From contig CBDBZU010000004.1 of assembly GCA_965213625.1 (NCBI GenBank), positions 1,344,001-1,408,000 of the forward strand: a stretch of 64,000 bases of DNA. Direction: 5' to 3'. The notes beneath the pieces were generated by a model that saw only the letters and a list, made by a program, of their open reading frames with translations, was not told the DNA's origin and made no database searches. Shown in pieces: positions 1-8,745 of the stretch. The DNA comes from a bacterium. GTDB lineage: Bacteria > UBA8248. How positions within the stretch are numbered: the first letter of the stretch is position 1; each line of letters opens with the position of its first letter. Both the position numbers and the translations under genes were made by a program.

Positions 1-361
1 TCTTTCACCCGCATCCGCAAATGGATTCCGGCTTTTCGCCGGAATGACGGCAGTACCCAATACCGAGCGAGGGGGGGCTTTTTCAACAACCCTAAGAGAG
101 GGGAGTGAGCTTTACAACCCACAAGTGAAGAGTCGTTATGAAGAACGCTCCTCCTCCGGGACTTTCGACATCGCCTTCTTATTCTCGGCAATCCACGCTT
201 CGGCTTCTTCAGCGGTGTAGGCTCCGGTGACGGCTCTGCTGTTTTTCGACCAAACCATGACCGGAACCCGGTGCTTCGTTCCAGCATCTCGCGTAGTTCA
301 AGAGTGAAATCCACCAGGAGACGATGGTAGAGTAGGCCATGATCGAGAGGGAGGCGCGTCT

Positions 362-1720
362 ATGCCGAGAAGAGTCGCCATAATCGGTGCGGGAGTTTCA
401 GGACTGGGGGCGGCCTGGACGCTGAACCGCCACCCCGACAGATTCGATTTCAGGCTCTTTGAGGCGCAGTCCCAGGTGGGCGGCAACGCCGTCACCGCCG
501 ACATGCCGCAAGACGACGGCGCCTCGATTCCCTTCGATATTTCCGTCACCGCCTGCATCCCCTCGGTATACCACCACATTCTTCTTCTGATGCGGCAATA
601 CGGGGTCGAGCTTGTCGATACCCGGTTCAGCTACAGTGTGAAGTATCGAGGCGGTGTTTATGCGCACGATTTTGACTCCGACATCAGGCGGCAGCTTCAA
701 CCGGAAATCGAGAAATTCCAGAAACTGTTAAAACGCCTCAAGTGGTTCGGCGCTCTCAGCCGCTCGCGCTCCAGGTTCCTGGCCGCCCTGAACCCGTTCA
801 ACTACGTGAGCATGGGCGCGGTTCTGAACCTGGGCAAATTTTCAGGCGATTTCATGTACAAGATCCTGAAGCCCATGTTCGTCAACTTCCTGATGGCCAC
901 GAATGTGTTCGATATGCCCGCGTCCCTGTTTTCGAGGTACCTGGAGTTCTTCGACATAGAATCAGCCACGCCCATGCAAACCTGGGGCGGCTGTACGCGC
1001 CGCATCTACGAGGAACTTTCAGCGGACTTCCAAGAGAAGATTTACCTCGAGCGGCCGGTCCGAAAGGTGTATAGAAGTTCATCCGAAGTCGTCGTGGAGG
1101 ATGAAGAGGGGAAAACGGAGAAGTTCGATGACGTCGTTTTCGCGTGCAACGCGAACCAGACGCTGATGATGCTGGATGCGCCGACGCGCTTCGAGAACTG
1201 GCTCCTCTCCTCGATAAGGTATGAGAGCGAACTGCACAATCACACGATCGTTCATTCGGACGCTTCGGTGCTGCCGGAGAGCGACGTCAAGGCGCTCGAA
1301 ACCCGGAGCAACCACATCGAGCAGTACAGCGTGCGGCCCGACAACTACGAGATTACCTACATCATGCACAACCAGCAGCCCTGGGCGAAGCGCTCGGACA
1401 AGCCGTGCCTGGTGACCTACAATCCCATCAGTCCTATTGATGAGAGGAAGATCGTCAAGAAGTGGTGGTTCCAGCACATCGTGCACGACGTGCCGCACGT
1501 GGCCTTGCTCATGCCGATGTTCCGCTTCGCTCAGGGCAGGAGGCGGACTTGGCACTGCGGTGCCCACACGCTCATCAACAGCCAGGAGACCTGTTTCGTG
1601 ACAGGCCTCGCCGCGGCAAGACAATTGGGAGCGGACTATCCGTTTCAAGATATTGAGGCGAGGAAGTGGTTCAACTTCTACGGGCGCACGATGTACGGCC
1701 GGCGTTTCAAGAAGGCGTGA
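362..1720 (+). CDS. FAD-dependent oxidoreductase (COG2907/amine-oxidase-like), probably lipid-modifying
   Basis: N-terminal Rossmann motif VAIIGAGVSGLGAA followed by LFEAQSQVGGN; GAGGGAGG RBS upstream; 452 aa. Confidence 0.8.
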   Translation: MPRRVAIIGAGVSGLGAAWTLNRHPDRFDFRLFEAQSQVGGNAVTADMPQDDGASIPFDISVTACIPSVYHHILLLMRQYGVELVDTRFSYSVKYRGGVYAHDFDSDIRRQLQPEIEKFQKLLKRLKWFGALSRSRSRFLAALNPFNYVSMGAVLNLGKFSGDFMYKILKPMFVNFLMATNVFDMPASLFSRYLEFFDIESATPMQTWGGCTRRIYEELSADFQEKIYLERPVRKVYRSSSEVVVEDEEGKTEKFDDVVFACNANQTLMMLDAPTRFENWLLSSIRYESELHNHTIVHSDASVLPESDVKALETRSNHIEQYSVRPDNYEITYIMHNQQPWAKRSDKPCLVTYNPISPIDERKIVKKWWFQHIVHDVPHVALLMPMFRFAQGRRRTWHCGAHTLINSQETCFVTGLAAARQLGADYPFQDIEARKWFNFYGRTMYGRRFKKA

Positions 1721-1848
1721 ACCGGGGCTTTCTTTGCGCGGATGAGTTGGCGAAGATTGGCGCGGCAACCTTGGGCGAGGCCGCCGATAGCGTTGCGGTG
1801 GCCATCGTGCGCGAGCCGGTATTACAATCATCCCGAATTCCTTGCTGA
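1717..1848 (+). pseudogene. Possible N-terminal remnant of an RraA/HMG-aldolase family gene
   Basis: GTGA overlap with the upstream stop; LAKIGAATLGEA resembles the LxxLG(V/A)AT(V/L)xEA start of HMG aldolases, then the frame degenerates. Confidence 0.3.
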
Positions 1849-2057
1849 TAGAGAGCAGCCATGGTCTGGTCGCGTAGTGCAGCGATTAAGATTTTCGTGA
1901 ACGGACGCGGGCAAGGAACAATTTTAAAATGGCAGGTCCGGTTTTGAGAAGAATTATCATCCGCAAACTGATAGGATATAATCATGGAAGGACGCGACAC
2001 GTATTGCTTTCTGCATCTGCCGACTCTGCTGATGGCACTCAAACGGAGGAAACTATA

Positions 2058-2873
2058 ATGCGCGCTCGTCTCGCCCGCACTGTATTCTTGCTTCTCGTAA
2101 TCTGCACGTACGCTCTGGCTCATCTCTCCACCGTGCCGCATGCGGAGAGCGCGACGCCCGAGGAGAAGGGTCTCCAGATCGCGCGCGAAACCCGCGAGAA
2201 AGCCAAAGGTTTCGGGAATTTCACGGCCGAGCAGAGCATGGTGCTTCGCAACAAGCACGGCCAGGAGAGCCGGCGTCAGCTCCGCGTGAAGGTTCTCGAG
2301 ACGGACGGAGGCGGCAACAAGAGCCTGTTCGTCTTCGATCGTCCGCGCGACGTGAGGGGCACTGCGCTGCTCGTTCACACCCATAAGAAGAAGAACGACG
2401 ACCAATGGCTCTACCTGCCCGCTCTCAAGCGGGTAAAGCGCATCAGTTCGTCGAACCAGTCGGGCTCGTTCATGGGCAGTGAATTCGCCTATGAGGACAT
2501 GGGTACGCAGGAGGTGGAGAAATATACCTACCGCTACTTGCGCGATGAGCCTTGCGGAAAGCTGACCTGCACGGTTGTCGAGCGCTTCCCGACGAGCAGG
2601 AGGTCGGGCTACAGGCGTCAAATCGTCTGGCAGGACAAGAGCGAGCTGCGCGCCTGGAAGGTGCAGTACTACGACCGGAAAAACTCACATTTAAAGACGC
2701 TCACACTGGGTAAATTCAAGAAGTATCTGGGTAAGTACTGGCAGGCCGGCGAAATGACGATGGTGAACCACCTGACGGGAAAGAGCACCGTTCTTAGCTG
2801 GAAGGATTACAAGTTCCGCACCAACCTCAAAGAGCGAGACTTCACCCGGACCGGGCTGAAACGGGTGCGCTGA
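2058..2873 (+). CDS. Outer-membrane lipoprotein-sorting (LolA-like) periplasmic carrier protein
   Basis: GGAGG RBS before ATG 2058; signal peptide; motifs PRDVRGTALL, DDQWLYLPALKRVKRI, SFMGSEFAYED. Confidence 0.85.
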   Translation: MRARLARTVFLLLVICTYALAHLSTVPHAESATPEEKGLQIARETREKAKGFGNFTAEQSMVLRNKHGQESRRQLRVKVLETDGGGNKSLFVFDRPRDVRGTALLVHTHKKKNDDQWLYLPALKRVKRISSSNQSGSFMGSEFAYEDMGTQEVEKYTYRYLRDEPCGKLTCTVVERFPTSRRSGYRRQIVWQDKSELRAWKVQYYDRKNSHLKTLTLGKFKKYLGKYWQAGEMTMVNHLTGKSTVLSWKDYKFRTNLKERDFTRTGLKRVR

Positions 2874-4129
2874 TGCCGCTGCGCGCCGCATTTTTCCGCG
2901 CGGTACTCGCCGCTGTCACGATATGGGCCGTACTCATCTTCGCCGGGGCGAGCCACGGGGCCGAAAGCATTGAGCACGAGTTTTCCGGCAGCCTGGACAT
3001 CGATGGCCGGTGGTATCCCCAACTCCAAGCCCATCCCGAACAGCGCACACACGCGAGCGGTTTGGCCGTCGAACCGAAACTCCATTTCAGGGGCGAGGGC
3101 GACTGGAGTTTCACGCTCGCGCCGTTTTTCCGCTACGACGGCGCGGACTCGCGCCGAACCCACGCCGACCTGCGCGAAGCCTACCTTCTGGTGTTCGGTG
3201 AAGCCGGCGAGGGGGAATGGGAGCTACGGCTGGGCGTGGACCGCGTGTTCTGGGGCGTCACCGAGTCGCAGCACCTGGTCGACATCATCAACCAGACCGA
3301 TCTCGTCGAACATCCGAACAAGGAAACAAAGCTGGGCCAGCCCATGGCCCACCTCACATTGTCGGCGGAGTGGGGCATCCTGGAGTTTTTCGCCCTCACC
3401 TATCACCGGGCGCGCACCTTCCCGGGCCTTCATGGCCGCCTGCGCTCCTCGATTCTCATAGACGATGAGCACGTCTCATACAAAAGCGCCGCCCAGGAGT
3501 GGCGCGTGGACCTCGCCGCCCGCTACAGCCACAGCTTCGGGCCGTTTGATTTGGGTGTCAGCGTATTCGACGGGACCAGCCGGGAGCCTTATATCATGCC
3601 GCACCTGGACTCTCTCGGCAGGCTGAGCCTGCGGCAGCACTATGAGAAAATTCGCCAGGTCAGCGTGGACGCCCAGCTCACAATCGAGTCGTGGCTGTTC
3701 AAGCTGGAAGCCCTTCAGCGCGAAGGCGCGCGAAACCTCCAGGGCGTGAAAGAGGACTTCGCCGCTTTCGTCGTCGGGGGTGAATACACCTTCAACTCCG
3801 TTTTCGGCTCGGCCGCCGACCTCGGCCTGCTAGCCGAATGGAATTACGACGAGCGGCGCGAGCGCTCGAACTCCGAGTTCCAGAACGACTTCTTCTTCGC
3901 CGTTCGCCTCGGGCTCAACGACGCCCAGAGCACGGAGCTTATCGCCGGCGTTCTGGCGGACGCGGACCACACCACGCGCACCATGAGCATCGAATTGAGA
4001 CGGCGCCTTTCGGATCAGTGGTCCATGAAGCTGGAATCGATCATTCTCATGGACGTCGACGAAGAAGACATCATCCATGACACGAGGCGGGACAGCTTCG
4101 TGGCCCTGAACGTGACGTATAATTTCTAG
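2873..4129 (+). CDS. Outer-membrane beta-barrel protein, partner of the LolA-like/MMPL system
   Basis: Signal peptide, amphipathic strands, DLREAY and VFWGVTES motifs, C-terminal YNF; translationally coupled (TGATG) to the upstream gene. Confidence 0.75.
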   Translation: MPLRAAFFRAVLAAVTIWAVLIFAGASHGAESIEHEFSGSLDIDGRWYPQLQAHPEQRTHASGLAVEPKLHFRGEGDWSFTLAPFFRYDGADSRRTHADLREAYLLVFGEAGEGEWELRLGVDRVFWGVTESQHLVDIINQTDLVEHPNKETKLGQPMAHLTLSAEWGILEFFALTYHRARTFPGLHGRLRSSILIDDEHVSYKSAAQEWRVDLAARYSHSFGPFDLGVSVFDGTSREPYIMPHLDSLGRLSLRQHYEKIRQVSVDAQLTIESWLFKLEALQREGARNLQGVKEDFAAFVVGGEYTFNSVFGSAADLGLLAEWNYDERRERSNSEFQNDFFFAVRLGLNDAQSTELIAGVLADADHTTRTMSIELRRRLSDQWSMKLESIILMDVDEEDIIHDTRRDSFVALNVTYNF

Positions 4130-4189
4130 ATCAAATTCTTTTCGTCTGCGTAACCGATAGAGTCGGGGTTTTTTAAAAATCCCTCTCCG

Positions 4190-4543
4190 CCTCATCCTGA
4201 GTAGCGGTGAAGCCGCGTATCGAAGGATGCCCTCTCGCCCGGGGTGAGGTGTTCGGAGCCCCTCGCCCCTCGAAAGGCTCAGGACGGGCCCCTTTGGTAC
4301 GCCGCCTTCGGCGGCTACTCAGGATGAGGAAAGAGGGGCAGGCGGTTTGCGAACTACCCCGTTAAGAGGGGAACAGGGGGGTTGGTTTAGTAGGGACAGG
4401 TCGCGACCCCGACCAGGCGCGGGGGCCTGTCCGGCTACGGCGGTGTCCCTCGATACGGCATTGGCGGGCCTACTCGAGATGAGGAAGTTTTTTGTTTTCC
4501 TCACCCTGAGTAGTCATGAGCCTGTAGAAGGACGCATCGAAGG
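4190..4543. repeat. Cluster of REP-like palindromic repeats
   Basis: Four CCTCA(T/C)CCTGAGTAG...GAAGG-type units in alternating orientation (4190-4226, 4291-4329, 4448-4483, 4499-4543) plus a GTAGGGACAGG...CTAC unit at 4390-4438. Confidence 0.75.
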
Positions 4544-4599
4544 ACCGTCTTCAGCGGGGCGCATGTATACGCGGGGAACGCCGCGCCGGCCGTTGCCGG

Positions 4600-6633
4600 T
4601 CAGGAAGTGAGGGCGACTGCCCGGTGGTCACTTGCCGCCCGATCAGATGAGAAGATCGGGCGCTTCGACTTGATTCGGAGCTTGAGGCTCTTGCGAGGGG
4701 TGCAGGTCGGAAACGGGTTTATCTTGACCGGGTAGCTCGATGGCAGCACTTCAAGCTCGAAGTAGTAGGCGATCATCAAAAGATTGATCGTCATTTGATA
4801 TTCCGCCACCCTCGGGCCGAGGCAGGTGTGCGTACCGAAACCGAATGCCCCGAACGCGCCGGGTTTCTTGTGCTCCTCGCGCCCGGAAAGATACCGGTCG
4901 ATGTCGAACTTCTCCGGATCCGGATAGTTCTCCTCCATGTAGTGAACGGCAGTGGACGCCAGCACGACGCGGGCATCGATGGGTAGTTCATAGCCCTCCA
5001 CGATGCAGCTGTTCATGACGGTTCTCAGCTGCAACGGTACGCTGGGATAGATCCGGAGGGTTTCTAGAATCAGCCGGTGGGCGGTGTCGATGTTCTCCTC
5101 CTTCAAGTCCTCAGGTCCCGGGTCTCCGTTCGCGAACAGCGCCTCGGCTTCCCTGCGCACACGCTGAAAGACATCCGGATGGGAGACCATCAAATAGAGC
5201 CCGAACGCGACGGCGGTGCCCATATACATGGCTGCGACGAACGGGATGATCATCATGAACCTGGTATCGGTATCCGGGAAGTACTGTGGGTCGCTGGTGT
5301 GCAGGCTGAGCAGGTCGTCGATCAGGTCGCGGGGTTGGTTTTCGCGCTGCGCAGGGGTGTGCGAGTTGCGGATCATGGAATAGACGTGGTCGATGCGCTG
5401 TCGGATGGCCTTCATCCGAGGCGTTCGCATGAAGAACTTCGGCAAAATCTTCTGGGCGTAGGTGATCAACATGCGGTTCTTGTATTTGTGGATGTCGTCC
5501 ACGTATTCTGAAAAATCCATACTGAACAGGAGCCGGGATACCTGGCCGGACATCAGAGTGCGGGTTGCGTCCTTGGCGACGAGCACGTCGCCCACGTTCC
5601 ACGAATCAAGCGCCAGCCGCATCTCTTCGAACAGGTCTCCGAGACGGTTGTTCAGGCGGCTCCGGGAGGAGGCCATCTGGAACGCCTTGCGCATGCGGAA
5701 ATGTTCGGCCCCGTCCATGCCCGGCAGGCTTCTCGATGCGCCGAGTACCTTCTCCATACCCTCCATGGTTTCCTTTGAACGCAAGTGCATCCGACCGTTC
5801 CGGTTTACCCAGATGTTGGCATCGTTCCCGGCGATGATGAAAACTCTCTTCTTGGAAAGGGGAGACTTGATTGCGAAAACGGGACCATAGTCGCGGTAAA
5901 GATCGGCCAGCAGTTTGGACGTATTCCCTTGCCAAAGCGAATCTTTGCGGAGCATTTTCCACAAGCTTACGTTGGGAATGGGTTTTGTCGCTATCGCGAT
6001 AGAGCGACTGACCGATGTCTCCACGACGGCGGCGGCGACGGAGCGGCTGATGCGGTCCAGCATGCCCAGCAGTTCGATTCGCTCGCGCGAAGCCTCGTAG
6101 TCTGCCGGCTGCAGAAGAAACCGGAACGCGTCGCAGGAATTGGCAAGTCCGATGATAATTGCGTCACGGGGGTCGGGTATGCCGTCTCCCAGGATCGTCT
6201 CGATGATTCGCCGACGTACGATTGCCCGAGACTCGCCGCTGGACATACCGTTGTCCGCTATAGCCGCGTTTCGCGAAAGAGACCAGAAGCCGCCGTTCGT
6301 ATAGTCCAGGATCCCGTTTTTCGACAACCGTCCGAGAGCATGATGCAGGATATCGTCCGACGTAGCGGCGATTTTCTCGACCCAGTAATTTATGCTGCGT
6401 GGCTCCGGATCGGCGGCAATTGCCGCCAGCACGGGGTCGAGAATATCGTCTCCCACGGGTGTGGAATCGTCCAGCGCAAACGTCTCGTGCGCGGTGTCGA
6501 GACGGGACTCGAGGTCAAGGTCCGCCAGCACGGCGCCTGCCATAACGCACGAGAGATTCCAGCCCGCAACCTGTTCGAGATAGCCGCTCTCTTCGTTCAG
6601 CAAGAGAAGCAGGAGCTCGTCAATTAGTTTCAT
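4600..6633 (-). CDS. Cytochrome P450 with N-terminal GPP34/GOLPH3-like domain
   Basis: Heme motif FGFGTHTCLG, ExxR (ETLR), PEKFDIDRY. The first ~210 aa (ELLLLLLNEESG, AGAVLADL, GDDILDPVL, PDPRDAIIIGLA) match the GPP34 pattern. Confidence 0.85.
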   Translation of the reverse strand: MKLIDELLLLLLNEESGYLEQVAGWNLSCVMAGAVLADLDLESRLDTAHETFALDDSTPVGDDILDPVLAAIAADPEPRSINYWVEKIAATSDDILHHALGRLSKNGILDYTNGGFWSLSRNAAIADNGMSSGESRAIVRRRIIETILGDGIPDPRDAIIIGLANSCDAFRFLLQPADYEASRERIELLGMLDRISRSVAAAVVETSVSRSIAIATKPIPNVSLWKMLRKDSLWQGNTSKLLADLYRDYGPVFAIKSPLSKKRVFIIAGNDANIWVNRNGRMHLRSKETMEGMEKVLGASRSLPGMDGAEHFRMRKAFQMASSRSRLNNRLGDLFEEMRLALDSWNVGDVLVAKDATRTLMSGQVSRLLFSMDFSEYVDDIHKYKNRMLITYAQKILPKFFMRTPRMKAIRQRIDHVYSMIRNSHTPAQRENQPRDLIDDLLSLHTSDPQYFPDTDTRFMMIIPFVAAMYMGTAVAFGLYLMVSHPDVFQRVRREAEALFANGDPGPEDLKEENIDTAHRLILETLRIYPSVPLQLRTVMNSCIVEGYELPIDARVVLASTAVHYMEENYPDPEKFDIDRYLSGREEHKKPGAFGAFGFGTHTCLGPRVAEYQMTINLLMIAYYFELEVLPSSYPVKINPFPTCTPRKSLKLRIKSKRPIFSSDRAASDHRAVALTS

Positions 6634-6822
6634 TGGACTACGTGCCCCAAAAATGGTGTAGGAGCATTATGCTCCACGTTGCTTCCAATACCAGGATTGC
6701 GTCGCTCGAACCACCACGGCAGGGAGCCGACGAAGTCATTATGGCCTAGTAAAACGATTGATATCAAGTATTTTGTCCCGTATCGGGTTCTCAGGATTGC
6801 CGTCAGCCGTATGAGGCCCCGT

Positions 6823-7563
6823 TTATCCGCCGTCAGGATCCGCCAGACGCTCGACCGCTTTTTTGTGAACAAGCCGCTCAAATGCGTCTTTCGGCGGCAA
6901 TCTTATCGCGCGCTCGAGTAGATTGCGCGCCTTCGCGCGGTTCTTTTCGGCATCCAGGCTCAGAAGGCCGAGCGCGTACTCGTATAAGGCCACCTTGTCC
7001 CGAGGCGTCAATTCGAGCGCCCGTTCGAAATGGACGAGTGCTTTCTCTTCGTCCGCCCCGTAGAGCAGACCGGCGAAGAATCCGCCTGCGCCGACGGCGC
7101 CCGCATGCCAGGCGGCCAGGCTTACATGGGCGGCCGCCATATTCGGCTCCAGCCGAAGCGCCTCCTCGATGGCATCGCGCACTATACCGGCGTAGCCTTC
7201 CTTGAGCGCCTGAAGCGTCCCGACCACCTGCGCCTGGCGGCCCATGGCGTGGGCTAGTTGGAGATGGGCCTCGGGGTTGACCGCGTCGAGCTTTATGGCT
7301 TCTCGTGCGGACTCCTCGGCCCGCTCGAACAAGCCCGCCTTTTCGCCTTTCGGCGCAAGGTAGTAGCCGTATATCGCCAGTGAATCGGCGGCCAATGCAT
7401 GGCCTTTGGATGTGCCGAGCGTCCGGGCGAGAGAGGCGGCCTCCATGAAGCGGCCCTCGGCGTATGCGGCGCGGGCTTCTTCTATCGACTGTGCGCATGC
7501 AGTTCCCGCCGGATCGAACGAGCACGAAATCATCAGGCACACGAGGATTATGATTTTACGCAT
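6823..7563 (-). CDS. Secreted TPR-like helical repeat protein
   Basis: Signal peptide MRKIIILVCLMISC; repeats such as AIKLDAVNPEAH, ALRLEPNMAAAH, ALELTPRD. Start re-called from 7815 to ATG 7563. Confidence 0.7.
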   Translation of the reverse strand: MRKIIILVCLMISCSFDPAGTACAQSIEEARAAYAEGRFMEAASLARTLGTSKGHALAADSLAIYGYYLAPKGEKAGLFERAEESAREAIKLDAVNPEAHLQLAHAMGRQAQVVGTLQALKEGYAGIVRDAIEEALRLEPNMAAAHVSLAAWHAGAVGAGGFFAGLLYGADEEKALVHFERALELTPRDKVALYEYALGLLSLDAEKNRAKARNLLERAIRLPPKDAFERLVHKKAVERLADPDGG

Positions 7564-7667
7564 ACCGCGTATCCCGGGGATCGGCGGATTCCATGACCGT
7601 TTCGGTTGGAAAGGGGGTTTCTTGAGCATTGCGAGAGGCGTTCGTTTCGCCAAGAAGCCGCCTGCCC

Positions 7668-8690
7668 CTAATCCGGCTTGCGGGCGAGAATGAAATACAT
7701 TGGGGTGAAAATGCCGAGGCGGCCCGTTTCGGCGAATACTTCGGCGGCGAGGTTCAGCAGGCTCGATACCCTGGTCGTCCCGCGCGGCACGATTCTCAGG
7801 AGTTCGAGAAACCATAGCGTGCTGTGCGTCAGCCGACGCCCGACGGCCGAGGAGCGGAAGCTAGCCAGGGACAGACCGGAGCCGACCAGCGGTTGATACC
7901 AGGGAATGCCGGGCGGCGCCTCGGCGGCGAGGTCGCACGATTCGAGCAACTCAAAACCTGCCTGACGCACTGCTTCTTCGATTTCCCGAGGCCGGGCGAT
8001 AAACGGCAGGCCGCCGCTATGCTCCATATCGGCCTTGAGCTTCAGCATTTTGGCATCTTGCGCATCGAAAAGGTCGGTCATGCAGTATTCGTAAACCCCC
8101 AAAAGAGCGCCGGGCTTGAGTACACGAAACGCCTCGGCATAGACACCGGCCTTGTCCGGCGCGCAGCAGGTCGCCTCGATAGAATAGGCGGCGTCGAAGC
8201 TGCCCTCCTGCGCATCCAACTGCATGAAATCGCATTCGATAAAATCGGCCAGATGGCTCAAGCCCGCCGCTTTGGTCCGTTTCGCGGCCCGTTCAATGTG
8301 CATCGCATTGTTGGTGATACCGGTAATCCGGGCACCGGAAAAACGGGCAATTTCGATCAGAGGCCCGCCTACGCCGCAACCCAGGTCGACCGCCTCCATG
8401 CCGGGCTTAAGATTCAGCCTGTGAGTGATGTAATGCTCATGGCGCGCGAGCGAGGCGGCGAAGCTCTCTCCTTCGACACGCGGCGCGAAATGGAATGAGT
8501 GTCCCCATCCGTACTCGTAGAAATCGGTGACCAAGTCGTAATAGTTGTTCGCGAAGTTCAGGTAATCAGTCTTGCGCTCGTCCAGGCCGCCGCGCTCGGC
8601 GCCTCCGTAGCGCCGGTCGTACTCCTGCGCGCTAACTTCGACACGGTCACCGGATTTTGCGTCTTTCAGGATATCAGTGAGCTTGGGCAT
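7668..8690 (-). CDS. Sterol 24-C-methyltransferase-like protein (SMT-A, ERG6/SMT1 family)
   Basis: YYDLVTDFYEYGWGHSFHFAPR, SAM motif DLGCGVGGP, YSIEATCCAP, C-terminal GIFTPMYFILARKP. Confidence 0.9.
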   Translation of the reverse strand: MPKLTDILKDAKSGDRVEVSAQEYDRRYGGAERGGLDERKTDYLNFANNYYDLVTDFYEYGWGHSFHFAPRVEGESFAASLARHEHYITHRLNLKPGMEAVDLGCGVGGPLIEIARFSGARITGITNNAMHIERAAKRTKAAGLSHLADFIECDFMQLDAQEGSFDAAYSIEATCCAPDKAGVYAEAFRVLKPGALLGVYEYCMTDLFDAQDAKMLKLKADMEHSGGLPFIARPREIEEAVRQAGFELLESCDLAAEAPPGIPWYQPLVGSGLSLASFRSSAVGRRLTHSTLWFLELLRIVPRGTTRVSSLLNLAAEVFAETGRLGIFTPMYFILARKPD

Positions 8691-8745
8691 TATTACGATG
8701 CCTTTATCGTAAGTAACTATCGTTTTGCAAAAAAGTCGCCAGCCC

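Noticed and set aside
138-260. 40-codon minus-strand ORF MVWSKNSRAV...
   Set aside because: Too short, with no RBS or family motif; it may be a gene remnant but cannot be supported
7564-7815. N-terminal extension of the TPR protein overlapping SMT-A
   Set aside because: The signal peptide starts at 7563 and the extension is an alternative frame of the SMT 3' end
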